64,000 nt of DNA from Macrostomum lignano (Eukaryota): assembly GCA_002269645.1 (NCBI GenBank), contig NIVC01000606.1, positions 186,001-250,000 of the forward strand, given 5' to 3'. Numbering within the stretch: position 1 is the first letter of the stretch; each line of letters starts with the position of its first letter. The notes under the pieces were generated by a model, which saw only the letters and a program-made list of their open reading frames with translations, was not told the origin of the DNA and searched no databases. Shown here piece by piece: positions 14,586 through 26,760 of the stretch. A program made the position numbers and the translations under genes.

Positions 14586-17500
14586 ATGGCGGATGCAAAG
14601 GAATATATTACTAAACGGGAAATCCCACAACTTTTCGAAGTAAGATATTGAGCAGTCTATTAAAAATCAAAGAATTATCAAGTACTCAAATACCAATGAA
14701 AACTATTGCTGCATCATTCCAGTGCCTGATGACAGCGCTGATGTACCACAGGCCGACTGATCACCTCAGCTTCATTCAGGAATGCGTCGAGAGGGTGAAA
14801 CTGCATGGCGTGTCCAGCGTCCGCTGGGACCTCTTCCTGGAGGAGGGCGGCGGCGGTGCCAACAAGGCCGGCCGCCAGCTGCCCCCGGTGACCCCGCCAG
14901 GCTCCAGCCGCGCCTCAAGCCGAGGTATGTTGGTGTCAACCTGCGACCGATGGGCCGCTGAGCGGTTGTGAGAGGAGGAAAAAAATCACATTTTAAAGGC
15001 TTATTTTCAACTATCCAACAAGAAATGGCTTATTTTTTCATTTGAAGCTGTGAGCCGTGCTTCGTGTCCAAGGGTTGGTTGTAAAAGTTTATCGGCTTTA
15101 CTATTTGAAACTGGCAAACTGCCAAACCACAGCTCCTCCAAATTTCTCTATCGATTTTTTGTAGTTATGGAACTAATTTCGTCTTGACGAATAGTTCCCA
15201 CGAGATAAACTGGAACAGATTATCAGAGAGATTAGGAGAGAGGGAGGGGATCAGGGAGATTAGGAGAGAGAGGATTAGGGAGATTAGGAGAGAAGGGATC
15301 AGGGAGATTAGGGGAGGGGATCAGGGAGATTAGGAGAGAAGGGATCAGGGAGATTATCAGAGAGGGGATCAGGGGAGAGGAGAGAGGAGAGACTAGGAGA
15401 GAGGATCAGAGGGGATTAGGAAAAGGGTTTCGGGGAGATTAGGAAAGGGGATTCGGGAGATTAGGAGAGAGGGTATCAAGGGGATTAGAAGACGTAATCA
15501 GGGAGATTAGAATTGCAAGAAGTTAAAATAGTTTAAAATAGTCGGAACGCGTGCTCACTAAGAAGGTTATGGCTAAGCGTTCAACTAAGCGTTCTGGAAT
15601 CCCACTTATGGACGCAATGCACCCACTTACTGCCTAGATAATACCAGACACTTCATCCCATCGTTCTCCCCCTCTCCATCAGCGGGATCACGGGCGGACT
15701 TCGTCGACAAGGCCAAGCAGCCGCTGCCACCAATCGGTGCCCCTGTTGAAGCCGCATCAGCCGTTGAGAAGGCGCTGCCTCCTCCTCCATCCACTGGCGA
15801 CAGCGAAGCGCCCGTCGCGCCTCAGATTGAAGAGCAGCCGCAGGCAGCGGAGCAACCCAAGCCTCCCGCTGCTCCCATCGCCTGCCCGCTGGTTTTGCTG
15901 ATCGGCGGTCCCGGAAGCGGACGTCGCCGCGTCTGTCGAGAGTTGGCACGGCGCTACGACTTCCAGGCTGTCTGCTTTGGCGACCTGGCGCGCGGCGCCA
16001 CTGCCAAGGACAGCCTCACAAACTCAGCAGCTCTGGCGCTCCTGACTGACGCCCTCGGCAGGCTGCCCGTCGACTGCCAAGGCGTCTTCGTTGAGGGCTT
16101 CCCCTGGAATGAGGCGCAGCTGGGAGAACTGCTGCTGCAGGTGACTGACTGACTGACTGACTGACTGACTGACTGACTGACTGACTGACTGACTGACTGA
16201 CTGACTGACTGACTGACTGACTGACTGACTGACTGACTGACTGACTGACTGACTGACTGACTGACTGACTGACTGACTGACTGACTGACTGACTGACTGA
16301 CTGACTGACTGACTGACTGACTGACTGACTGACTGACTGACTGACTGACTGACTGACTGACTGACTGACTGACTGACTGACTGACTGACTGACTGACTGA
16401 CTGACTGACTGACTGACTGACTGACTGACTGACTGACTGACTGACTGACTGACTGACTGACTGACTGACTGACTGACTGACTGACTGACTGACTGACTGA
16501 CTGACTGACTGACTGACTGACTGACTGACTGACTGACTGACTGACTGACTGACTGACTGACTGACTGACTGACTGACTGACTGACTGACTGACTGACTGA
16601 CTGACTGACTGACTGACTGACTGACTGACTGACTGACTGACTGACTGACTGACTGACTGACTGACTGACTGACTGACTGACTGACTGACTGACTGACTGA
16701 CTGACTGACTGACTGACTGACTGACTGACTGACTGACTGACTGACTGACTGACTGACTGACTGACTGACTGGACTGACTGACTGACTGACTGACTGACTG
16801 ACTGACTGACTGACTGACTGACTGACTGACTGACTGACTGACTGACTGACTGACCTGACTGCTGACTGACTGACTTCACGAGGCGGCTCTGCGCAAGCGG
16901 CTCTGCGCAAGAAGATCGGGCAGTGCCAGCGGACGAAGCCGCCGCCAGACTGGAGAAATTCCGATCGGCCACCCTGCCCGTGTGCCGCCACCTCGACGAC
17001 GAGGGCAAGCTGCTGCTGCTGCCAGTCGATGGCGAGCCGGGAGACGGCGCGGCCGACGCCGGTGTCTCAGTTGTTGCTGGCGACGCGGTCGCTCTGCTTG
17101 AGCGGGTGCTCGGCGCGCCATCCAAGCCGGCAGCCGAGACGTCAGCACCGGCAGCGCCGCACCCGACGGGTCCGCAGCTGTACATCCGGACGCTGGACTT
17201 CGACGTGGAGTCGGCCACGGAGTCTGTGGAGCGGGACACCGACCTGCCCGCCTGCCCCATCCTCCTGCTGCTCGGCGGTCCCGGCAGCGGCCGCTCCGCG
17301 CTTTGCCGCCGTCTGGCCGCCGCTTTCGATGGTTTCGTCCGCGTCGACGCCCGCGACGCCCTCGGCGGCGACAGCGACGCCGACAGCGACAATCGGCCAG
17401 ACGGTCGGGTCGAAGCGGAGGCGCTGCGCCGCCTGCTGAGCTCGACGGCGCTGGCCGGTGCCCGCTGCGTCCTGCTGGAGGGCTACCCGACCTGCGAGGC

Positions 17501-18254
17501 CGACCTGCGCGATGCCTGCGCCAGGCTTGGCCGGCCCGACCTCGCTGTGCTGATCGACTGCAGCGAGACCGGCCTGCTGGCCCGGCTGGCGTCCCTGCCC
17601 GAGGAGGACGTGGCGGCCCGGCTGCGCTACTTTAAGGAGGAGACGCTGCCAGTCGTTCGCAGTCTTGACGCTGCGGGCCGACTCAGTGTGGTGAGACACC
17701 TGGGGGCTCAGTGTGGTGAGACACATGGTGGTTCAGTGTGGTGAGACACCTGGGGGGCTCAGTGTGTGAGACACCTGGGGCTCAGTGTGGTGAGACACCT
17801 AGGGAGCTCAGTGTGTGAGACACCTGGGAAGGGGCTCAGTGTGTGAGACACCTGGGGGCTCAGTGTTTTGAGACACATGGTGGTTCAGTGTGGTGAGACA
17901 CCTGGGGGGCTCAGTGTGGTGAGACACCTGGGGGCTCAGTGTGGTGAAACACATAGGTGAATCAGTGTGGTGAAACACATAGGTGAATCAGTGTGGTGAG
18001 ACTACTTACAGTAGGAAATATATAGGTGTTATAAAAGGAAATGATTTCTTAGAAAACACAAGCTTCCAAGCTTTCTTAGAAACGAGGATTGTGTTGTAAA
18101 TACCTATCCATTTAACGAGCTAATTTCCAATAAAAAGCCAGTTTCCCGCCCTCTTCATCAAACCCAACTCAAGATCGACGGGGACAGAAGCGAAGAGGCG
18201 GTGTTGGCCGATCTAAAGGCGCTGATCGATTTTGTCATCTTTAATCGCCGCTAA
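14586..18254 (+). CDS. AK5: Adenylate kinase 5-like protein: RIIa/Dpy-30-type dimerisation-docking domain plus two degenerate AK domains
   Basis: Exons 14586..14639, 14723..14924, 15638..16140, ~16866..17690, 18174..18254. The N-terminus MADAKEYITKREIPQLFE resembles vertebrate AK5. GGPGSG loops, VEGFP/LEGYP motifs and C-terminal IDGDRSEEAV. The exon 3-4 join across the GACT array has no in-frame canonical acceptor. Confidence 0.8.
15222..15510. repeat. Purine-rich degenerate repeat (GGGAGATTAGGAGA-like) in AK5-like intron 2
   Basis: Directly visible low-complexity array. Confidence 0.85.
16141..16875. repeat. (GACT)n microsatellite forming almost the whole of AK5-like intron 3
   Basis: Begins at the donor CAG|GTGACT. 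Confidence 0.98.
17682..18001 (+). repeat. ~24-bp minisatellite containing the exon end and 5' splice site
   Basis: Unit ctcagtgtg|gtgagacacctggggg, about 12 copies; the first copy is the real exon 4 donor at 17691. Confidence 0.92.
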
Positions 18255-18699
18255 AATTTCAAACGCTGCCGGTGTGCGCTGATTGCACTACTGACTGACT
18301 GTAAGTAGGCTGTAAAGCGAAGCTAAACTGATACCAAAGTTGGTTATCTGTGCTAATTAAAGCGTATGAGGCGAAGAATATTGAACAGCGAACGGCATCC
18401 ATCCATGAGAAACTAAGTTTACTATCGTTGTGTCTACATGTATGTAGTCTCTATATATGTTTTCTTGTACAATTTTATATTAACAAATTTGGACAATATT
18501 CTTGCAAGCTGTGATTAGCAAGCTCTATACACTATATTTCTGATGTTATTTTCTTGCGCTGATTTTTATACCTGATTATGAAACAGATGTTTTAAGCCAG
18601 ATTGCAAACTGCATATGTTTTTAATTTCTATATTCTTTCCTGAGTCTTAATGTTCCAATAAAAAAGTACTTAATTGCCAAAATGCCCACTTGAGTCGAA

Positions 18700-18935
18700 T
18701 TTTTCTAGAATTCCCCTTACACTATGGGGATTCTCTATAGAATTTCCCATTAGTACAAGCTGGAAATCGATAGCGGGGAATTCCCATAGAATTAGTGGAG
18801 AATTTCCATAGAATTCCCCTTTGACTAGGGGGATTTTCTATAGAATTTCCGATTAGTACAAGCTGGAAATCAGCAATAGGGAATTCCCATAGAATTTCCC
18901 TTAGACTATGGGGATTTTCTATAGAATTCCCTATT
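18700..18935. repeat. Degenerate ~100-bp tandem repeat rich in TTCTATAGAA and GGAATTCC palindromes
   Basis: About 2.5 units, each containing attagtacaagctggaaatc or a variant. Confidence 0.7.
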
Positions 18936-19192
18936 AGTAAGCTGATGAAAATCGACAGCAGACAGTTACTGTTGACAGCACATAGCTTTTATTACCTTAA
19001 GTATCTATATATTCATTCATAATTTTCATTTTTCGATTTGAAAAGCTATGATTAAGAAGAAATGATTTATTCAAATAAATTAAAAAGTACTCCTGTATAT
19101 CAAAACTATTTACTTGGATATTCTGTGGAAAATGACTCCAGTAAGCGTTGTTTTGTTTTACTGCTTCTATTGCCTTTAGTTGGTTTGCTATT

Positions 19193-19290
19193 CGTTAGGC
19201 ATGTACACTTCACTGCGCCTTGTGGCTTGGCCTTCAGGGCCGTTAATTGCACGAGCCGCAGAGCCAAGCCGAGATTCCAATTTATCCCCA
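19193..19290 (-). mobile_element. ~100-bp dispersed repeat fragment; inverted copy at ~27450-27545
   Basis: Shared aaattggaatctcggcttggctctg...gtgcaattaacg...cagtgaagtgtacatgcctaac. Confidence 0.65.
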
Positions 19291-19354
19291 AAATCAATGC
19301 GACTGCATCTGCTTCCATTTGCATTTGGGCATTTGGGACAGCTGACCCATCCTC

Positions 19355-20077
19355 AGACCATGCACAGACAATGCACAGACCATGCACAGACCATGCACAG
19401 ACCATGCACAGACCATGCACAGAACATGCACAGACCATGCACAGACAATGCACAGACCATGCACAGACCATGCACAGAACATGCACAGACCATGCACAGA
19501 CAATGCACAGACCATGCACAGAACATGCACAGACCATGCACAGACCATGCACAGACAATGCACAGACCATGCACAGAACATGCACAGACCATGCACAGAC
19601 AATGCACAGACCATGCACAGAACATGCACAGACAATGCAGACCATGCACAGAACATGCACAGAACATGCACAGAACATGCACAGAACATGCACAGACCAT
19701 GCACAGACCATGCACAGAACATGCACAGACCATGCACAGAACATGCACAGACCATGCACAGAACATGCACAGACCATGCACAGAACATGCACAGAACATG
19801 CACAGAACATGCACAGACCATGCACAGACCATGCACAGAACATGCACAGACCATGCACAGAACATGCACAGACCATGCACAGAACATGCACAGACCATGC
19901 ACAGACCATGCACAGACCATGCACAGACCATGCACAGACCATGCACAGAACATGCACAGACCATGCACAGAACATGCACAGACCATGCACAGAACATGCA
20001 CAGACCATGCACAGACCATGCACAGAACATGCACAGACCATGCACAGAACATGCACAGACCATGCACAGTCCATGCA
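19355..20077. repeat. 11-bp minisatellite (ACCATGCACAG / AACATGCACAG)n
   Basis: Directly visible; explains six overlapping periodic ORFs. Confidence 0.98.
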
Positions 20078-20335
20078 AAATCTTGCATGACGAGACGCAA
20101 AGTCCACTCAGCTGGGCCCCAGTTTCGAACAGTCCCATTGGCTGCAGCACGGGCCTCACTCCCCCATAGCGGCGGAGCTGCCAATCCCAGCCAGCAAAGA
20201 GAGATTGCAGCTGTCGGCAAGACTTTACCAACTACGCTGGCCCAATTTTTGTTGCCATTCATTTTGTCCTCAAGGCGCATCACCCACTGACAGCTGTCAC
20301 TCCTCCTGTCCTTCCCTTGGCCAAGTCGCGCACTC

Positions 20336-23300
20336 ATGCCGCAGCCTCGGCCGCTGGTAGTTCTGGCGCTGCTCATCGCCTGGACCGCCTGCTCAGGGCT
20401 CTGGCCGGCGCTGGCCGTCTCCGACCGGGTGTCCAGCTTCCGCAACCAGCTGTCCAATAACTCGCTGGAACGCGAGCTCATCACCAAACTGGTGGACAAG
20501 TACACTCAGACCGGGCTGCTGGGCAGGCCTGTCAACACCACTGGCGACCTGTTGGAGATCAACTTCGGCCTGGCGATCATCCAGATCCTCGACCTGGACG
20601 AGAACAAGCAGCTGCTGCGCACGAACTGCTGGGTTCGCTACACCTGGCTGGACCGGCACCTCAAGTGGGAAGGCGAGCGGGGCTACGAGCGGTTCCAGAA
20701 CATCACGCAGGTGCGTCTGGAGCCCGACTCGGTGTGGAAGCCGGATATCCAGCTGTACAACTTCGCCGACACGCGGCCTGAGGAGAAGCGCACGGCTCGG
20801 GTTGTGGTGTACTGGTCTGGCGAGGTGCTGTGGCACCCGCAGAGCCTGTTCAAGAGCACCTGCGCCGTGGAGATTCAGTACTTCCCGTTTGATACGCAGC
20901 TGTGCGCCCTCGAGTTCGGCTCGTGGACCTACGACATGACGCAGATCAACCTCACCTGGGTTGGTTACGAGGTCAGTACCAGGGATTTGTGAGCATTTTT
21001 CCAGAATTTTTCCTTGTTTGCTAGGGGCTGTAGCCTAGTGGTTAGAGAATCGGACTCACGACTTGAAGGTCGGGGGTTCGATTCCCGATCCCACTGGAAC
21101 AGTTTGTGTCCTTGAGCAAGACACTTTAAACTCTGCATTGCCTCAGTTCACCCAGCTGTAAAATGGGTGCCAGCATTAGCTGGGGTAATTGAGGGTATGT
21201 GGCGACCCCCCCCCCCCCCCGGTCCTTGGACTGAACAGCCGTAAGCAGCCTTCAGATGCACCGCGCAATAGCTGCGGCTGAGCTGTCGGTTGCATAAATA
21301 ATTATTAATTGCTAGTACAGCGAGTGGCTAGCTGAGGGTTAATTTTAATGTAAAATTGATCTGAACAAAAGCGTTCTCTTACCAGCGCCGCTCGCAACAT
21401 CAGGGTTAAATTAAAAAACCTCCAAGGGCCGTTTAGCATTCAGAGCACATGCGGTCTGCCAAAAGAAGTTTCATAGCGTATCTCATAGCCTATCTTATTC
21501 TTGGCCTATACTCTTCCCAAGCCTTGCTGCTACGCCTATTTGCATATATGCAAGAGTGGCACCGTGGTGTGCTATACGAATATCCCATTATGTCCTTCGA
21601 GTTCTCTTAGATAATTTCACTATAGTGACCTGCAAGGGAAGCCCTTTAGTGTTGGCACTCAGATATTGTCACTCATGGCGCTCACATATTGGCACTCCAA
21701 GGCACTCAGATATTGGCACCCCAGGAACTCAGATATTGGCACTCCAAGGCACTCAGATATTGGCACTCCAAGGCACTCAGATATTGGCACTTCTGGCACT
21801 CAGATATTGGCATTCAGATATTGGCACTCAGATATTGGCACTCCTTGGCACTCAGATATTTGCACTCCTGGGCACTCAGATATTGGCACTCCTGGGCACT
21901 CAGATATTGGCACTCCTGGCACTCAGATATTGGCACTCCTGGCACTCAGATATTGGCACTCCTGGGCACTCAGATATTGGCACTCCTGGCACTCAGATAT
22001 TGGCACTCCTGGCACTCAGATATTGGCACTCCTGGGCACTCAGATATTGGCACTCCTGGCACTCAGATATTGGCACTCCAAGGCACTCAGATATTGGCAC
22101 TCAGATATTTGACCCACTTATTGGAAATCTTCGTGAACTAACAGACAGCTTAAAGGATTTGAGTAGAAATGGGAAATTTCGCAGTCCGTTGCCCACTCTC
22201 ATCCTGAGGCTTATAGCAGGGAGCTAATGCGATTTTCTCACTATGAACTTCATCTTGGCTATCCAGGAGATCTGGCTGGTGTGTTGTTAAACAATTCATG
22301 CAGTCAGTCCGTGCATTATTAAACAATATCTTTATTGGCTGCAGCTGGGACTGCCGCAGACATTGCAGACACCGCAGTGCCACCGCAGTGCCACCCAGCT
22401 GCTGCACTTCTAGATGGCTTGGAGTTTCTCACGACCGTCTTTCTCACCCTCTGTCTTCACTTCGCTATTAAATTTTATTCCTTCTTATCTGTTGGAATTC
22501 TCATTTGGGTCTCAGCAGCCGCTGTCCCGGTTCCCTATTCCCCTGGGCCAGCTCAAAGCCGAGAATTCCGAGAACACTGGCTGCATGCTCAAGCGGAAGG
22601 TGATGAAATAAAATGCTAATAAGTTTTAGATGCAGGCCTCAGTCTGAGTCAATTAGTTGAACAAGACAAAAATGCGAGTGTGTCTAGGAGGCTGTCCGAG
22701 TGTGTCTAGGAGGCTGTCCGAGTGTGTCTAGGAGGCTGTCCGAGTGTGTCTAGGAGGCTGTCCGAGTGTGTCTATAGGTGGCTGTTCGAGTGTGTCTAGG
22801 AGGCTGTCCGAGTGTGTCTAGGAGGCTGTCCGAGTGTGTCTATAAGAGGCTGTCCGAGTGTGTCTATAAGAGGCTGTCCGAGTGTGTCTAGGAGGCTGTC
22901 CGAGTGTGTCTAGGAGGCTGTCCGAGTGTGTCTAGGAGGCTGTCCGAGTGTGTCTAGGAGGCTGTCCGAGTGTGTCTAGGAGGCTGTCCGAGTGTGTCTA
23001 GGAGGCTGTCCGAGTGTGTCTAGGAGGCTGTCCGAGTGTGTCTATAGGTGGCTGTTCGAGTGTGTCTAGGAGGCTGTCCGAGTGTGTCTAGGAGGCTGTC
23101 CGAGTGTGTCTATAAGAGGCTGTCCGAGTGTGTCTATAAGAGGCTGTCCGAGTGTGTCTAGGAGGCTGTCCGAGTGTGTCTAGGAGGCTGTCCGAGTGTG
23201 TCTAGGAGGCTGTCCGAGTGTGTCTAGGAGGCTGTTCGAGTGTGTCTAGGAGGCTGTCCGAGTGTGTCTAGGAGGCTGTCCGAGTGTGTCTAGGAGGCTG

Positions 23301-26300
23301 TCCGAGTGTGTCTATAAGAGGCTGTCCGAGTGTGTCTAGGAGGCTGTCCGAGTGTGTCTATAGGAGGCTGTCCGAGTGTGTCTAGGAGGCTGTCCGAGTG
23401 TGTCTAGGAGGCTGTCCGAGTGTGTCTATAAGAGGCTGTCCGAGTGTGTCTAGGAGGCTGTCCGAGTGTGTCTAGGAGGCTGTCCGAGTGTGTCTATAGG
23501 AGGCTGTCCGAGTGTGTCTAGGAGGCTGTCCGAGTGTGTCTATAAGAGGCTGTCCGAGTGTGTCTTGAAGTGTTTCTGGGATGTCTGAGTATCTTGAGTA
23601 TTGAATGGAAAACGGTTTCTCCCAGTCAAACCCCAGTGTTCAGTTATTAATGAGGCGCCAGCAGTGCAAATAGAGCATGTCAATCTGGACCCTGGCAACA
23701 ATCTCCCTTTCTCCCGCCAACACCGGTTATTAAAGACGCTGTCAGCAGCCCCGCCTCTGCTTGGCGAGTTCCTCTCCCCTCCTGCCGCATTCCTCGGGCG
23801 GGGCAGGCAAATGGCGCATCCCAGGGGCACTCGTTGCGCGTTTTATTTGGGATTTGGGATGGACGAGATGGGGGGTGGGCGGAAGCTGACAGACTGCGCG
23901 CTGGATCAGGGAGAGGGATTAGATAATCCGGTCCAAACTGGATCAGCTTAGAGATGGAGCTGGGCGGGGAGCTGGGAAGCGGCGGCGGCGGCAGCCAGTT
24001 GGATCGGTGGGGAGCTGCCAGTCCCAAGAAACGGACGAAAGTGCAACCGGCGGTGGCGCGCGAGTGGCCGAGGCGGATGGGGCAAGGGATTAGCTGGGGG
24101 GAAGAAGTGGGAAGCAATTGGATTTGCTCGCTCTTCAGCTGGAACGCAGCTGCAGTGGCGGCGGCCAGGACTGAGTGGAATTGCCCGACGATGAAGCCAG
24201 AAGCCGGGGGGGGGGGGAGGCTGTGGGATTTTCCAAGAGCCGCTTTTGCGACAAAATTGCCCCGGCTGCTGGTACCTGCAGCCAGCCAGCCACCGCCCTC
24301 TCCAAGTCCCAGCGGCCCCCATTTAGCCGATTTCTTGCCTGATATTTGAGTAGTGGGGAGAGGGGGGAGCGCTAAGGAATCCGTCAACTGTCAAGGTTTG
24401 AAAGGAGGAAGATTTTGCTGATTCGCGTGTTAAGACAGACTGCTACTGTGAGTAGTGAAGAAGGTTTTTCTCGCAGCATAAGGTCCCAAAGTGAAATAAA
24501 ATTTTAAGAGATGCTTGGAGACAAGACTAAATGGATGGCGAGGCGCTAACGCTTCCGGCTCTCGCGCCAAGGTCCCTGAGTTCGATTCCGTCTGCCGAAA
24601 GTGGGGCAGTAGATAACCGGATGTGAGCCGGAAGTGGGACAGTAGATAATCGGATGTGAGCCGGAAGTGGGACAGTAGATAATCGGATGTGAGCCGGAAG
24701 TGGGACAGTAGATAATCGGATGTGAGCTGGAATGGGAGAGTAGATAACCGGATGTGAGCCGGAAGTGGAACAGTGGATATCCGGATGTGAGCCGGAAGTG
24801 GGACAGTAGATAACCGGATGTGAGCCGGAAGTGGAGCAGTAGATAACCGGACGTGAGCCGGAAGTGGGACAGTAGATAATCGGATGTGAGCCGGAAGTGG
24901 AGCAGTAGATAACCGGACGTGAGCCGGAAGTGGGACAGTAGATAATCGGATGTGAGCCGGAAGTGGAGCAGTAGATAACCGGACGTGAGCCGGAAGTGGG
25001 ACAGTAGATAACCGGATGTGAGCCGGAAGTGGGGCGGTAATGTTGATAACCGGACGTGAGCCGAAAGTAAAACAGTGATTAACCGGATGTGAGCCGGAAG
25101 TTGAGCATTGGTTAACCGGATGTGAGCCGGAAGTTGAGCAGTAGGTAACCGGATGTGAGCCGGAAGTGGAACAGTGGATATCCGGATGTGAGCTGGAAGT
25201 GAAGCAGTGGTTAACCGGATATGTGAGCCGGAAGTGGGGCGGTAATGTAGATAACCGGATGTGCTCAGACTCCGCACCCGCCGGTCTCCCGCAGTACGAG
25301 CCCAACCAGTACGAGCCGAGTCCCTACATCGACTTCACAAACTACATCAAGAGCAAAGAGTGGATCACGGACGGTCAGGAAGATTTCGAAATTCGGCCAT
25401 CGCTTCGCCGGCGCCAGGTCCGCTCGAAGATGCGCTGCACCCGAGTGAAATTCCAGGACGAGAACGGGCACGAGTACAGCCGCACGTACCAGCGCCTGGT
25501 CTACAAAATCCGCATTAGGCGGAACCCGGCCTTCTACCTGTCAATCCTGGTGCTGCCCTGCCTGCTGCTGTCTTGCCTCACCTGGGTGATCTTTTGGCTG
25601 CCGCCGGAGTCGCCGGCCAAGATGCAGCTTGGCATGAACATCTTCGTGGCTTTCTTCATCCTGATGCTGCTGCTGGCCAAGACTACGCCGAGCGCGGTGC
25701 GCAACTTCCCCTACATCGGCTATTTCTACGGGCTCAATATGGTGCTGATCACGCTGAGCACCTTTCTGGCGGCCATCGTGCTCAATCTGTACATGCGGGC
25801 CGACAGCCGGGGCCCGATGCATCCGGCGCTGCGCCGTGGCATCGTTGACGGCCTCGGCAGGCTGCTGCTGGTACGCCAAGCCGTCCCGCTTCAGGAGCCA
25901 TCGTCGGAGTCGAAGCCGGACCCGGCCGCGCCGGATGAGCGGCGCCGTCAGCAGCAGCCGGAGACGGCGGCAGCTGCCCAAAAGTTGCAGCAAAAGTCAC
26001 CGATGTCCAATTTCGACGGCGCGGTGGCAGGAGTCGCCGGCGGCCAAGTGGAGCGGGACGTCCGCGAGATCCGGCAGCTGTTCCGAGTCTACGTCGGCCG
26101 GCTGAAGGACCGCGAGAGGCGCTGCCAGGCAGCCATGGAGTGGCGCACTCTGGCCATTGTGCTGGACAGGCTGTTCTTCACGGCCTACGTCATCTGCATC
26201 CTGGTGGCCATCATTATCTGCCTGCCGCGGCCGGACACCGAGATCACGGAAATTGACAGCGTTGGCGCACCAGAGACAGACAGTTGCCAGCACATGAGCG

Positions 26301-26311
26301 CAGCCTACTGA
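20336..26311 (+). CDS. Cys-loop nicotinic acetylcholine receptor-family subunit, non-alpha, predicted anion-selective (ACC-type), ~550 aa
   Basis: join(20336..20971, 25295..26311), phase-0 intron GAG|GTCAGT...CCCGCAG|TAC. Signal peptide, WKPDIQLYN, Cys-loop CAVEIQYFPFDTQLC, GSWTYD, four TM helices, M1-M2 linker WLPPESPAKMQLG. Confidence 0.93.
21024..21310 (+). mobile_element. tRNA-derived SINE with a CORE-like central domain
   Basis: A-box TAGCCTAGTGG (21031), B-box GGTTCGATTCC (21075), then gtgtccttgagcaagacactt...gcctcagttcacccagctgtaaaatggg, resembling the MIR/CORE consensus. Confidence 0.75.
21653..22109. repeat. 23-24-bp minisatellite (GGCACTCAGATATTGGCACTCCT(G))n
   Basis: Directly visible, in the receptor intron. 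Confidence 0.95.
22675..23564. repeat. 22-bp minisatellite (GTGTGTCTAGGAGGCTGTCCGA)n
   Basis: About 39 units with 24-bp variants. Confidence 0.97.
24594..25263. repeat. 33-bp minisatellite (CCGGATGTGAGCCGGAAGTGGGACAGTAGATAA)n
   Basis: About 20 units, ending ~30 bp before the exon 2 acceptor. Preceded by a tRNA-like head at ~24530-24590. Confidence 0.95.
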
Positions 26312-26344
26312 GGCAGACGAGAGACACAAATTGCGGATCTGGAC

Positions 26345-26760
26345 TACTTACTAAAATAACTAAGATGGGCCACTCAGGCATAAATACTTAGTAAATCAGC
26401 TTTCTACTTTCAGTTCAGTAGCAAAGAAGAATACATAAGCTATTTTATAAAAATAAAGGCAGCTGAGATGACTTTGATAAGTTTAGAAGCCCAAGCTTGC
26501 AGGCGTAAACAGCTTGCTAATTGGTTCAGCAATAATGTACATTAGCCGGTCCACTGAAATGTACATGGCAGCTTTAGACTGGAATTCCAAGCAAGAAAGG
26601 TAATAAAATTGGGGCGGGGGGTAGTGTGGAAAAGCGCTGGTTGGAGGGTTTAAGCTGCGGGTAAGAGCCAATAAATGAGCCTTGGGTTTAAAAATAAGTT
26701 AAAATGTTTCTGTTTAACTTACTACTGAACTGAAAGTAGCTTACATGCAAATGTGCTGAG
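26345..26760. mobile_element. Inverted copy of the 450-bp MITE; an older diverged copy follows at ~26880-27185
   Basis: Reverse complement of 10280-10730; the right TIR is decayed. Confidence 0.8.

Noticed and set aside
19062-20505. Overlapping Cys/His/Met-rich ORFs
   Set aside because: All are frames of the 11-bp array.
21024-21095. Functional tRNA gene
   Set aside because: No convincing acceptor stem, and it continues into a CORE-like SINE body.
23540-24387. GC-rich intronic block with several ORFs
   Set aside because: No protein similarity recognised and no phase-compatible role in the receptor gene.
25166-25294. N-terminal part of the track ORF 25166..26311
   Set aside because: It is repeat and intron sequence; the acceptor at 25293-25294 joins exon 1 in phase.
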